From positions 1 to 64,000 of the IMG/VR virus record IMGVR_UViG_2844496579_000002: 64,000 nucleotides of DNA. One strand, given 5' to 3'. The first letter of the stretch is position 1. Each line of letters starts with the position of its first letter. The translations under genes and the position numbers were made by a program. Shown here one piece after another: positions 1 through 9,228 of this stretch. The notes under the pieces are model-generated. The model was not told the origin of the DNA, did not search any database, and saw only the letters and a list, made by a program, of their open reading frames with translations. This DNA comes from a virus (Duplodnaviria > Caudoviricetes).

Positions 1-674
1 TCACGCAACCCGCGTTTTCTTTTGGTGGGGGATTTTTCGACCGATCTTGCCAATTGCCCCACGCAGCGAGTTTGTGGCGAGATGGGCATAGCGCTTTGTG
101 CTTTGCGCTGATCGATGCCCCAGGACCGCGCCCACGGTATACAGGTCCACGTCCGCATTGATCATGGCGCTGGCGGCGCTATGGCCTAGGTCGTGGAACC
201 GCAGATGCCCAAGGCCCACCGCGCGCGCTGCCGCCTTGAATTCTTTGGACATGGAAAAGCCGTTGCGCAGGGCGACCCGGGCGGCAGCCGCAATCTTTGG
301 GTGGATCGGGATGTGCCGCGGGGAATCGTTCTTCGTGTCCGTCAGCTTGAAAAGCCCAACCTCGCGCGTGGCCCGGATGATCTCTGCCATTCTCATGCCG
401 CTGTAGAACGCGATGCGGATTGCCGCCCTGGACGGTCGACACCGGCAGGCGCGCGCGATAGCCAGCATCTGGACGCGGCTGGCGAATTCCTGGCGCTCGT
501 TGCGTACCGTCGGGACGATTACGCGCTCTGCGGGGTCGTGTTCGCACATCCGGTGGTGCTTCCAGCCATATCTGCATGCGCTGGTCAGGTAGCGAATGCG
601 GTTGCGCACGGTGGCCGGCGCCAAGGGATCGCCGTTCGCCTTCTTCGCCTTGGCGGCGTAGAACTTGCAGGCTT
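1..674 (-). pseudogene. int: Tyrosine integrase of remnant prophage 1; N-terminus removed at the IS3 end
   Basis: Motifs SGMR, TKN, HDLGH (HxxR Arg replaced by Gly), LGH, KRY; frame runs into the IS inverted repeat at 675. Confidence 0.88.
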
Positions 675-706
675 TGACGTCACCCCCGTTTCGCAGCAGT
701 TGAAAA

Positions 707-1531
707 CTAGAATTCGGTCGGCTCAGGCAGGCTGACCTGCTGTGTTTTGGCGTATTCACTCGGGGTCAGCATGCCGAGCGAGCCATGGGGTCGGTGGTCA
801 TTGTAATCAGCACGCCATGCTTCAATGACCGTCTTCGCATGCTCAAGCGATAGGAATTCATGCGCGTTCAGGCACTCATCCCGTAGCCGGCCGTTAAACG
901 ACTCGCAAAGGCCGTTATCTGTGGGTTTGCCCGGCCGAGTGAAGTCCAACAACACTTTGTTCTCCCAAGCCCATAAATCCAGTGCTTTGGACGTGAATTC
1001 TGTTCCATGGTCGACGGTGATACTGGCCGGCAAAGCAACCCTCTTGGCGACTCGATCAAGCGCCTGAACCACGCTGTCACCGGTTAGCCGAAAACCCACC
1101 TCCAACACGGGACTCTCACGACTCCAGTTATCCACGACGGTCAGCACCCGAAACGCTCGCCCGTCAGCTAATTGATCATGCACGAAATCCATGCTCCAGC
1201 GCTGCCCAGCACCTGTTGGTTGCGGTGCGGGCCCCCGATGCAGACTCAACCGCTTATTGCGGCGGACGCGCATCCGAACCTGCAGCCCTTCCAAGCGGTA
1301 CAGGCGATGGACTCGCTTGAGATTGACCTGCCAACCTTCTCGGCGCAAAAGGATATGAATCCGCTCATAACCAAATCTCGGTCTGCTCATCGCGATGTCT
1401 CGAATGCGCATTCGCAATGCCGACTGATCTCGCGCGCTGCTTTTGCGATACCAACTGCCGCTGGAAAATTGACCCGGCCGACACGCCCTCTGGACACTTA
1501 CCTGATGCACGTCCAGAATCCATTGAACCAC
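707..1531 (-). CDS. IS3 transposase OrfB (DDE/rve integrase core)
   Basis: WSMDF, VVDNWSRE, DHGTEF, NGLCESFNGRLRDECLN motifs. Confidence 0.95.
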   Translation of the reverse strand: MVQWILDVHQVSVQRACRPGQFSSGSWYRKSSARDQSALRMRIRDIAMSRPRFGYERIHILLRREGWQVNLKRVHRLYRLEGLQVRMRVRRNKRLSLHRGPAPQPTGAGQRWSMDFVHDQLADGRAFRVLTVVDNWSRESPVLEVGFRLTGDSVVQALDRVAKRVALPASITVDHGTEFTSKALDLWAWENKVLLDFTRPGKPTDNGLCESFNGRLRDECLNAHEFLSLEHAKTVIEAWRADYNDHRPHGSLGMLTPSEYAKTQQVSLPEPTEF

Positions 1532-1551
1532 CTCCCGGCGGCGTGTCGGCG

Positions 1552-1818
1552 TCAGACCTTTTTTCGGATCACGTCCTGCAGAATATGCTTGTCCAAAGTC
1601 AGGTCGGCCACAACCCGCTTGAGCCTCGCGTTTTCCTCTTCAAGCTGGCGCAGCCGACGAATCTCGCTAGCCGCAAGATCGCCGTACTTCTTCCTCCAGT
1701 TGTAGAACGTCGCCTCTGATATCCCCAATCCGCGGCAGACATCCGATACAGGCGTACCGGCTTCTGCTTGGCGCAGTGCGTATGTCACTTGCGCCTCGGT
1801 ATAGCGTGACTTCTTCAT
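1552..1818 (-). CDS. IS3 transposase OrfA (HTH)
   Basis: MKKSRYTEAQV...GISEATFYNWRKKY; coiled-coil LEEENARLK. Confidence 0.95.
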   Translation of the reverse strand: MKKSRYTEAQVTYALRQAEAGTPVSDVCRGLGISEATFYNWRKKYGDLAASEIRRLRQLEEENARLKRVVADLTLDKHILQDVIRKKV

Positions 1819-1900
1819 CGCGTCCTGCTCCTTCTTCAAAAAGAGCCTGAAGCGACCTTACTCTAGTTTTGAGATACCCACGTTTTTTGGGAGAACGTCA

Positions 1901-2377
1901 CACGCGGGTGCAATTCCGGCCGGAGGTGTTGAGATCTCGGACGTAGATTTCAAGAGATCGGTCGTGGAGTCGGATGGGGTGTGGGCGCTGGGGGAAAAGG
2001 GTGGGCTGGAGAAAAAACCTCAAGCCCCGCGGTCCCTTCAGGAGGCCAAGGTACAGAAAATTTATGATATTGACCTGGCCTTTGAACAAGAAGCCGCGAT
2101 CCTCATTTCCGGATACCCATCTTCCGAGCGGCTCACGTGGCCCGCCCAGCAAGCCGAAGCGCTCGCGTGGAAGGCGGACCCCGCCGCCTCTACTCCGTAC
2201 CTGGATAGCTTGGCCGCGGCGCGTGGGATAGATGCTGCGGATATGCGGAAAAGGACGCTGGATCAAATAGAGTTGTTTATGACTGCCAGCGGTCCGATGC
2301 TGGGCAAACGGCAGCGTCTCAGGGACGAAGTCAACCAAGCTAAGAGCGTTGAGGAATTGAACGCGATTACTTGGTAG
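1901..2377 (+). pseudogene. Tail fibre assembly/chaperone-like protein, 5' truncated by IS3
   Basis: Frame open from the IS boundary (HAGAIPAGGVEIS...); C-terminal YPxxExxTWxxQxxEA...LNAITW typical of tail assembly proteins. Confidence 0.65.
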
Positions 2378-2387
2378 AGCAGGCAGG

Positions 2388-4124
2388 TCATACGCCGGCA
2401 AATCCTGTCGGGAACTGATATTTCATATTCCCCTCGAAAGCTGCCTCGTCCTCCTCCTCGGCTAGAGTGGAAGTTGGGCGCAGACGCCCACGGAAATAAA
2501 TCCTCGCCAAATCGGGAGCCACGGTCAGGTCATGGTCGCCCGATAGGAAGGGAAACGGTCCAGGAGATGGATTCGACGATGGAGAGAAAAATGTCAGGCC
2601 GTCAGGGAACTGAGTCAAGAAGCGGCGCTGCTTCCACCAGTCCGCCAATCCACAAGACCGGCGTTCATAGTAGGCATCGTCTACAAGGACGTGAATGGCA
2701 CCGGGAGATGCATCGCGGTGGCTGAAAATCTGGAACACTGATTTCCCGGTCTTGTCGCTGCGCACCACATATTCCACTGCGATATCTGGGTACAGGATGC
2801 TGAGCATCCGCCATGTCTGGTAGCTCAGGATGCCGCTCCCCCAGAGCGAAGCCTTTGTGGCGCCTTTGAGATAGCAGTTCAGAGCTATTTCAGAAGCGAA
2901 GTCCGCGATCGCCAGGGCTTGATCATGGCGAGCATTCGCGCTTTCGGAGTAACGGACGAAAGCGCCCATTCGCGCATTCTGGGCGTGGCGTCGTACTGAT
3001 GAGACGAGATTCTCGCCTTTCGCCAGCCAGAACCCGAGCATGGTTCCCAGACGCATCATCTTCAGAATTGTGGCCCCCTGGTCGTTTATCCAGTGGACTA
3101 TTTCGGCGATGGATTTGTTTGCGAAGCCGTCAGCGCCAGGCACACCAGATCCGTTTGTCAGGAACGTCAAGTACAGAGCCCCGTCGTCCCGCAGTGAGGC
3201 TAGACAGTTTTGAAGGAAGGATTCAAAGGGGGCATCAAAATGGGAGGCGAAGGCGAACGCACTGTTGTTACGCACGGCTATTACGCTGAAGCCGTCTTGC
3301 GGGTAACACCAATGGAACATATTAGCCAAGCCTGGCGTCAGGGCGTTTGATAGCCACTGATGATCTGAAAATGATGACGGGCGAAGGTCTGTTCCTATAG
3401 CTTCGGTGGCGCCCGCACGAAGCAGGGCACGAGTCAGAAAGCCGGTGTCGCACCCAATGTCGAGGACTGGATACTTGTCTATAGGCAATCCGAAGCCGCG
3501 GGTGATGGCTGAGAAATACTCGGCATTCAGCAGTTCGAGGCGATCGTGATGCTCTGATTCTGTATCGGCGTTGCCTGCTAGTTTCGGCTCCTCCTGTCGA
3601 GTTCCCAACACGATCTCGGCGCCATGCCCTATGAGTTCGTAGTAGGTAGGGAAGACAGGGGTCGGGAATGGCTTGTCAAGCAGCAGATATGGTGCGGCGC
3701 ACGCGAGCTTTGCCTTGATATCGCCCCAAGTTGTTTCTGGGGGCCGCGTGTGGAGGCTCAACTCATGGACCATGTGTGCGCCGTCTGCAAGAATGACGGC
3801 TGGTTGTCCCTCCACGTCGAACAGCGTTCCGACCGGATGAGTTGAATCGACCTTGTTGCCCAGCGCACTAATGGTGATTCGAAACCCAAGCACATATGCA
3901 GTAAATGGCGCCTCCTGGGCTCCATCGATCACACAGCCTGTTTCCTTTGAGATCCGATAGTGGTCTTCAAAGAGTTGTTCAAGGTTCGGGATGAGTATCG
4001 GCACACCCTTGAATATAGGGAAGCTGTTCCCGGACTGATCGACCAGCGCATTGCCGTCTTGGCGCAATTGGGAGCCGTCAATGGGTGAGCGGAAATGCCG
4101 GATGAATTTGTCGCCTTGAACCAC
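2388..4124 (-). CDS. Class I SAM-dependent methyltransferase with Trm112-like N-terminus (moron)
   Basis: Motif I VLDIGCDTG; N-terminal RSPIDGSQL...FPIFKGVPIL; GTG at 4124 with AGAGG SD; antisense to flanking phage genes. Confidence 0.75.
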   Translation of the reverse strand: MVQGDKFIRHFRSPIDGSQLRQDGNALVDQSGNSFPIFKGVPILIPNLEQLFEDHYRISKETGCVIDGAQEAPFTAYVLGFRITISALGNKVDSTHPVGTLFDVEGQPAVILADGAHMVHELSLHTRPPETTWGDIKAKLACAAPYLLLDKPFPTPVFPTYYELIGHGAEIVLGTRQEEPKLAGNADTESEHHDRLELLNAEYFSAITRGFGLPIDKYPVLDIGCDTGFLTRALLRAGATEAIGTDLRPSSFSDHQWLSNALTPGLANMFHWCYPQDGFSVIAVRNNSAFAFASHFDAPFESFLQNCLASLRDDGALYLTFLTNGSGVPGADGFANKSIAEIVHWINDQGATILKMMRLGTMLGFWLAKGENLVSSVRRHAQNARMGAFVRYSESANARHDQALAIADFASEIALNCYLKGATKASLWGSGILSYQTWRMLSILYPDIAVEYVVRSDKTGKSVFQIFSHRDASPGAIHVLVDDAYYERRSCGLADWWKQRRFLTQFPDGLTFFSPSSNPSPGPFPFLSGDHDLTVAPDLARIYFRGRLRPTSTLAEEEDEAAFEGNMKYQFPTGFAGV

Positions 4125-4185
4125 TTTTGCCTCTTTTCTTAAATTGGGGCTATCTCGTTGCGGGATCATACCCGATTGCTTACTA

Positions 4186-4207
4186 ACCGCTGAAGCGGCT
4201 TTTTTTT
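4186..4207 (+). terminator. Intrinsic terminator
   Basis: ACCGCT-GA-AGCGGC hairpin followed by a T tract. Confidence 0.6.
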
Positions 4208-4225
4208 CGTCTATAGGGGACGCGA

Positions 4226-4534
4226 TTGAACATCCAAGACTTCGACGCCCTAGCGGCAAAGTTTGCCGGCGTGCTTGGCGCGGCGGTGTCCATGCGATAC
4301 CTGCAAGGGTCCTGGCCCGCGCGTCTCAGCATGGCCGTCAGCGGGTCGCCGGTGGCCTATTACGCATCGCCCTACCTCTCGTCGCTACTGGGCATCCCGG
4401 AAGGGCTGGCGGGCTTTCTGACGGGCATGTTCGGCATGGCCATCGTCTCGCGCGGTTGGGAGGCGGTACAGGCGGCGCCCATCGGCGCGCTGTGGCAGGC
4501 CGTAATTGACCGTGTGCGCGGAAAAGGAGCCTGA
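4226..4534 (+). CDS. Holin-like membrane protein
   Basis: Small hydrophobic ORF with SD, first gene of the lysis cassette. Confidence 0.65.
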   Translation: MNIQDFDALAAKFAGVLGAAVSMRYLQGSWPARLSMAVSGSPVAYYASPYLSSLLGIPEGLAGFLTGMFGMAIVSRGWEAVQAAPIGALWQAVIDRVRGKGA

Positions 4535-4535
4535 C

Positions 4536-4814
4536 ATGGACACCAAGATCTATATCACTTTGTGGGCGGTCATGGCGTTTGTGTGCTGGCTGGTGGTCGC
4601 CGGCGGCGCGGTGCTGGCGGTGTTCTCCAAATCGATCAACGACACGACGCTGGAGCGCGTGGGCCTGGCCGCCGTCTGCCTGACGGCCACCGGCGCGGCC
4701 TGCCGCATCTTTGTGGCCAGCTGGGCCAGCGCAGGCGATGCGGCGCTCGCGGCTTCGGCCGCTTTCTATGTGGCCGCCGTGACGGTCAAGCACATCAGGG
4801 CGCCCAAGCCATGA
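4536..4814 (+). CDS. Holin/antiholin-like 3-TM protein
   Basis: Three hydrophobic segments; AGGAG SD; immediately upstream of the endolysin. Confidence 0.65.
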   Translation: MDTKIYITLWAVMAFVCWLVVAGGAVLAVFSKSINDTTLERVGLAAVCLTATGAACRIFVASWASAGDAALAASAAFYVAAVTVKHIRAPKP

Positions 4815-5311
4815 CCCTATCCGAGATCATCAAGACGGGTATCGACCCGGCGCTGGCGTTGCTGCCCGCCAAGATGGACACGCCGGCCGCGCGCGTGATG
4901 CTGCTGGCGATCGGGTTGCAGGAAAGCCGGTTCGAACATCGCCGCCAACTTGTGGGCAACCCGCCACGCCCAACCGGCCCGGCCAAGAGTTTCTGGCAGG
5001 CAGAGCAGGGCGGGGGCATGGTGCATGGCGTCCGCCTGCTCACCGCCACCAGCGCGGCCGCCGCGGCTCTGTATCAAGCGCGCGGCGTTCCGGTTCGTGA
5101 TGCGGCTATCTGGGATGCAATCGAGAACGACGATGTTCTGGCCGCTGGCCTGGCGCGTCTGCTTCTATGGAGCGATCCCGGCCGCCTGCCGGCGCTGGGT
5201 GACGCGGATGCCGCCTGGGCGCTGTACCTGCGCACCTGGCACCCTGGCAAGCCGCACCCGCAGACTTGGCCGGATCTTTACCGCCAAGCCGTGGCCGAGG
5301 TGGTGCCATGA
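4811..5311 (+). CDS. Putative endolysin (lysozyme-like fold)
   Basis: LAIGLQESRF catalytic-Glu-like motif; position between holins and spanins. Confidence 0.65.
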   Translation: MTLSEIIKTGIDPALALLPAKMDTPAARVMLLAIGLQESRFEHRRQLVGNPPRPTGPAKSFWQAEQGGGMVHGVRLLTATSAAAAALYQARGVPVRDAAIWDAIENDDVLAAGLARLLLWSDPGRLPALGDADAAWALYLRTWHPGKPHPQTWPDLYRQAVAEVVP

Positions 5312-5727
5312 GCGCGCTATCCAGGGTGGTCAGCCTCGCCGGATGGAAGGGGTACGCGGCTGCGGCTCTGGCTGGGGTGATTGTGCTGGCCGGTGCGGCT
5401 GCGTCGGTCCTTTGGTATGGCGCATCTGAGCGGCGCGCTGGCCGTGCCGAATGCCAGGAAGCCCACCGCGTCGCCGGCCTGGAGGAATTCAAGACCGAAG
5501 CCGAGCGTCTGACCGGCCTGTCGCAGAGCCTGGCCGACACCGCCAACAAGCTGGCCACCGCCGAGCCCAAGGTAATCGAGAGGTACACCCGTGAAATCGT
5601 TCAGCGCCCTTTGCCTGCTGACTGCGTGCGCGACCCTGGCCGGGTGCGCGCAACCAATGACACCACCGACGCGGCCAACGCTGCCCGTCAATCTCAGCGC
5701 GCCGTGCCCGCCAGTCCCGCGCGTTGA
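5308..5727 (+). CDS. Rz: Inner-membrane spanin
   Basis: N-terminal TM plus coiled-coil, overlapped by a lipoprotein gene. Confidence 0.75.
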   Translation: MSALSRVVSLAGWKGYAAAALAGVIVLAGAAASVLWYGASERRAGRAECQEAHRVAGLEEFKTEAERLTGLSQSLADTANKLATAEPKVIERYTREIVQRPLPADCVRDPGRVRATNDTTDAANAARQSQRAVPASPAR

Positions 5728-5836
5728 TTCGTCGTCGTGGGATGACCTGGCGCTGGCACACGGTGCGCTGGCGTTCCAGTACGCCGAGTGCGCCGCCCGG
5801 CACCAGGTGGTGGTAGATGCCTGGGCCAAGCCCTAG
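5591..5836 (+). CDS. Rz1: Outer-membrane spanin lipoprotein
   Basis: Lipobox LAGC; Pro-rich; nested in Rz in another frame. Confidence 0.75.
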   Translation: MKSFSALCLLTACATLAGCAQPMTPPTRPTLPVNLSAPCPPVPRVDSSSWDDLALAHGALAFQYAECAARHQVVVDAWAKP

Positions 5837-6051
5837 ACCTTCTCCGCGCGCTTGGCCGCCCAAAACCAATGACTGTGCTTGGCGCGTTTCAGCTTCTGCT
5901 TGCGGAAGGTGATGCGCACTGCGCCGAGGTGGCCGGCCTCTATCTCCGCGTGGTAATCGCGGTCCTCGGCGGTGCCGGCCGGCGGCAGCGTTTGGGATGC
6001 CTGGGCGATGAATTGCCCGGGGACCTGGGCTAGGATTCCGTTGTCGGTCAT
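5833..6051 (-). CDS. Small hypothetical protein (72 aa), probably SOS-inducible
   Basis: ATG just downstream of a LexA box. Confidence 0.65.
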   Translation of the reverse strand: MTDNGILAQVPGQFIAQASQTLPPAGTAEDRDYHAEIEAGHLGAVRITFRKQKLKRAKHSHWFWAAKRAEKV

Positions 6052-6064
6052 GGTCGGAAAAATA

Positions 6065-6080
6065 CTGGATGGTTCCACAG
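6065..6080 (-). promoter_or_regulatory. LexA (SOS) box overlapping a TATACT -10
   Basis: CTGGATGGTTCCACAG fits CTG-N10-CAG with TA flanks. Confidence 0.7.
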
Positions 6081-6210
6081 TATATGGGGCCAAAACAGAT
6101 GGGGGATTTTTTGCCACACAGAGGGCATTCAGCGGGATCGGCGCATCTGGCGCGCATCCATAAGTCGTTGATCTATATAGGTTCGCGCTTTGTGCGCAAT
6201 GCGCGCCATC

Positions 6211-6256
6211 GACTCATAATCCGTTGGTGCCGAGTTCGACTCTCGGGGGCCTACCA
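6211..6256 (+). tRNA. 3' half of tRNA with CAT anticodon (Met/Ile2); att duplicate of prophage 1
   Basis: Anticodon loop CTCATAA, T-arm GTTCGA, CCA end; no matching 5' acceptor strand or D-arm upstream. Confidence 0.85.
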
Positions 6257-6278
6257 AGAAAATCCTGAGAAATCAGGT

Positions 6279-6314
6279 ACGAAACAGCCGCCATTACTGG
6301 CGGCTGTTTCGTTT
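6279..6314 (+). terminator. Intrinsic terminator after the tRNA fragment
   Basis: ACGAAACAGCCGCCA/TGGCGGCTGTTTCGT inverted repeat followed by T residues. Confidence 0.7.
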
Positions 6315-6811
6315 CCGGCGTTTGCGGTGTCCAAAATGCGCCCACTCTTGGCAACGCGTCTTCAGTAGGCGGTGCTTGATCTCTGATCGCGCAGCGGGGC
6401 CAGCCCATGAACTTGCGTCAATGGAGAGGGCACGTTCGCTGGCCTGACATCTTGGGCGCATGTACGCCGGGAAGCGCCAGGTAGCCCACGTTTGGAGCGG
6501 GCTGCGCGATGCCGGCCTGGGCTAATAGTAAGGCTGCTCATCCTCGGGGAACCGCATGCCGATTTGTTCTTGCAGCGCAGCCTCAGCACAGTATGCGCGG
6601 ATCATCGCCAGACAAAGTTCTTTGTCTGCGAGCGAGAGCGCTCTGAATTGCTCGAGCGGAAAATTGGGGATAGGCCAGTCGTTCATGCATCGCACTCTAC
6701 CAAGCGAATCGACCTTTGCGTTGGATATCGGCCCAATCTAAGACCAATTGACTCTCCTATCGGCGGCGCGCCGGGGTATGCCCTTGCGGCTATCGGGGCG
6801 CCATTCCTTTT

Positions 6812-6910
6812 CTAAGCCTCCCAGAGCGGCGAGATCACGTCGGAGTTCCAGGGCTGGCGCTCGCGGATGGTGCGAAGGTCGTCAAGGGTGAGGGGAGCTT
6901 TGAACGTCAT
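6812..6910 (-). pseudogene. Truncated small SOS-regulated ORF (MTFKAPLTLDDLRTIRERQPWNSDV...)
   Basis: 32 codons directly downstream of a LexA box, early stop. Confidence 0.45.
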
Positions 6911-6921
6911 ATTGGAAAATA

Positions 6922-6937
6922 CTGTTTGTATATCCAG
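6922..6937 (-). promoter_or_regulatory. LexA (SOS) box
   Basis: TA-CTGTTTGTATATCCAG-TA, close to consensus. Confidence 0.8.
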
Positions 6938-7399
6938 TATATTTCATCAAAAACGGGGGCATTCCTCGCTATCCAAACAAGTCTCGCGGCGATGCGGAGA
7001 CGAGAGGGTATGGCTGTCTTGATATGCCGAGTGCCCGGCAATTCGGCGCGCCAATGGAAGAGCGCCCCAGCTCAAGATGAGTCTGAGGCGCTCCTGCCCG
7101 GCTTCGCACGCGATGGGTGTCAGACAGCCCGGCAACTCAAATCTACTGCTGTGAAAATCTATCGGCAATAGGGAAAACCCCAAAAAATTAAAGGGTTACA
7201 AGCGTCTTGAATGGGGCGCGACGACGCATCTCCCCGACCCTTTGTCGCCGATGGCGCGAAGGGTTTTTTTGTCGGGCGGCGACGTTCCTCGGCGCGTCAA
7301 GGCCGTGGGATCTTTTTGCCCACCTCGGCTTGCGCGAATTGTGGCGGCCAGGTGCCAAGCCGACACTGACGCCTACTTTCAACGCAGCGGAGAGCAGAG

Positions 7400-7449
7400 A
7401 TGTGGAGCAGTCGAAAACGGCAGGTGGGCCAAGGGATGACGGAATACAT
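7400..7449 (+). pseudogene. flp: 5' fragment of Flp pilin gene (MWSSRKRQVGQGMTEYI)
   Basis: Prepilin cleavage motif G|QGMTEY; continues in frame at 44673 once the prophage is removed. Confidence 0.88.
7437..7449 (+). repeat. attL core of prophage 2 (TGACGGAATACAT)
   Basis: Exact 13-bp direct repeat at 44660-44672, adjacent to the integrase 3' end. Confidence 0.92.
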
Positions 7450-7512
7450 CGCATGGCCTGAGAGCCGCGTAAACAAAGGCTGTAATGATTGATGGCTATT
7501 AGATGTCTAAAA

Positions 7513-8481
7513 CTACTTGGCTTTGCGGGTCGGACCCTTCACCAATTTCGGACGCTTGTCACGCAGGTAGATCCTAGTCGTTCTGGTGTCAGAGTGGCCT
7601 AGGAGTGCGGTCGGGTCTATGCCTTGAGACTCGGCATCCGTTCCAGACATTGCGCGCAAGTCGTGCAGTGTGACGTCATTAGCGCCAGCGGACACCGCCG
7701 CCTCTTTGAACACTCTCCAGACGTTGGACCCTAGGCGGATATTCCCCGCCCGTCCCGCGATCAGATAGCGATTCCGGACACTTTCGGCGATAAGTGAGGC
7801 CGCCCGATCTGTGACGGCTCGCAGGTCAGGCGTCCACTCTACGACAAGTCGCTTCCCCGTTTTTTGCTGCTCGAAGTAGATGCCGTCTTCCTGTAGGTGC
7901 TTGTGCTCTATTTTGAGGATATCGCCGATGCGCTGTCCCGTCAGGTAGCAAAGTTCCATAACGCACTGGAGCCACGGCGGGCATTTCTCGTAAATCGCGG
8001 CGTATTCGGCCGGCGTGATAAGGCGGTCCCTGGACTTCTGAGCGAAGCGCTTTACGCTGACACAGGGGTTAGATTCTATTCGCCCTCGGTCAAGCGCCCA
8101 CTGAAAGACAAGCTTTAGGACTGTCAACAGGCGGTTGGCCAGTGCCTTGCGGTCTGCGTACCCGTCCATCATTTCGACGACATCCCCGTGACGGACTTGG
8201 GCGGGGTAGAAGTCAGCGAAGGATTTCCGAAGTATGGCCGCGCAGTACTCGTACTGCTTGCGAGTCGAGTCCGAGACGTTCTTGGTCAATATCGGCATCG
8301 CCTCGTCTATAAGGGCTGGCATCCCGTCGGTGGGCGCAGCTACTATCCTGGCGTATTCGGTCAACGCGCTATGTAGGTCAACCCCAATCTTGCGCCACTT
8401 GCCACCCTTAACGTACCAGTACGCGCCGTGCTTCTGGTACACGCACGCGGGGAGGTGTCGGTCCTTGGTTCTTGGTCGCAT
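7513..8481 (-). CDS. int: Tyrosine integrase
   Basis: TGQRIGD, QQKTG, HDLR, LGH, RIY catalytic motifs intact. Confidence 0.95.
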   Translation of the reverse strand: MRPRTKDRHLPACVYQKHGAYWYVKGGKWRKIGVDLHSALTEYARIVAAPTDGMPALIDEAMPILTKNVSDSTRKQYEYCAAILRKSFADFYPAQVRHGDVVEMMDGYADRKALANRLLTVLKLVFQWALDRGRIESNPCVSVKRFAQKSRDRLITPAEYAAIYEKCPPWLQCVMELCYLTGQRIGDILKIEHKHLQEDGIYFEQQKTGKRLVVEWTPDLRAVTDRAASLIAESVRNRYLIAGRAGNIRLGSNVWRVFKEAAVSAGANDVTLHDLRAMSGTDAESQGIDPTALLGHSDTRTTRIYLRDKRPKLVKGPTRKAK

Positions 8482-8638
8482 GGCCTAGTGCTGCCTCCAT
8501 GGCGGCCCGAAGAACCACGGGGGTTCCATCAGGGCGGATTTTAAAAGGGATAGCCAGGAATTTAAGAGCTTCGATTTGCTTTGCTTTCCTGGCCTTCCCG
8601 GTGAGTTCGATCAGTTCCTTTTGGGAAAGCGTGAGCAT
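8408..8638 (-). CDS. Excisionase-like (DUF4224-type) protein
   Basis: LSQKELIELTG...RPDGTPVV; overlaps the int start. Confidence 0.75.
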   Translation of the reverse strand: MLTLSQKELIELTGKARKAKQIEALKFLAIPFKIRPDGTPVVLRAAMEAALGHATKNQGPTPPRVRVPEARRVLVR

Positions 8639-8720
8639 ATGGCCTCCAAAACGAAGCCCGCGCTAGGCGGGCTGTTTCATCCAATTCTTGCGGGTGGTTC
8701 TGAGCATCTTCTCAATAACG

Positions 8721-9059
8721 TCAGCCACTGCGGGTCTTTCCTATTTCTGCTGCTGCTTCCACGATGGCGCGGCGGGTCGCCTCATACGAGTGGTCCGGGT
8801 GCACGGAGACATGTTCGGATGAAAAACATTCGCCTTCCCATGTGAACACTTCCGTTTCGTGGTGCTTGATGTTGATGGTCAGCGCTAGCCTCACCGCCAG
8901 CCGCAGCGCGTCGCCGTCGTTTACCAAAGGATTCCATGATTCCTCGCTGCGGCTGCCTGGCTCAGATGCTTGCATCAGCCATCCGCTATCCAGCCGGATC
9001 CAATGGAATTCCAGGCCGGCAGCCTTCGCCGCCAGTTCCAGCAATTCACGATCTGTCAT
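8721..9059 (-). CDS. Phage hypothetical protein (WNPLxNDGDALRLAV family)
   Basis: N-terminal ~50 aa near-identical to 46336..46740. Confidence 0.75.
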   Translation of the reverse strand: MTDRELLELAAKAAGLEFHWIRLDSGWLMQASEPGSRSEESWNPLVNDGDALRLAVRLALTINIKHHETEVFTWEGECFSSEHVSVHPDHSYEATRRAIVEAAAEIGKTRSG

Positions 9060-9228
9060 CTTCCTTCTCCGGATTAGCCTTCACCCACTGTCTCGCCCAG
9101 CGCTCCATCAGTACGCCGGTATGCGCCCAGTTATCAGCGTGGCGGTCGATCAGGTGGAAGGCCACGGCGGGGTCGATCTTCGCCCAGTCTTGCGGGTCGC
9201 CGAAGTCGATGGCGGGTAGGTCGTTCAT
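9046..9228 (-). CDS. Phage hypothetical protein
   Basis: Translationally coupled in the early-left operon. Confidence 0.6.
   Translation of the reverse strand: MNDLPAIDFGDPQDWAKIDPAVAFHLIDRHADNWAHTGVLMERWARQWVKANPEKEDDRS

Larger units (their letters stand above)
675..1900 (-). mobile_element. IS3-family insertion sequence (IS407-like), 1226 bp
   Basis: TG...CA ends with imperfect IRs TGACGT...AAAACTAGA at 675 and 1900; orfA plus orfB; A6G frameshift motif near 1557-1564; flanks GCTT/CACG are not duplicated. Confidence 0.95.
1..6256. mobile_element. Prophage 1 remnant (left end lies outside the window)
   Basis: Integrase, tail-assembly fragment, lysis cassette and tRNA 3' duplicate at the right end. 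Confidence 0.8.

Noticed and set aside
6180-6256. Complete tRNA gene
   Set aside because: Only anticodon arm to CCA is present; no 5' acceptor strand or D-arm, so it is an att duplicate.
7140-7400. c-di-GMP riboswitch or sigma54 promoter upstream of flp
   Set aside because: Hairpins are present but I could not match either consensus; an Infernal search would settle it.
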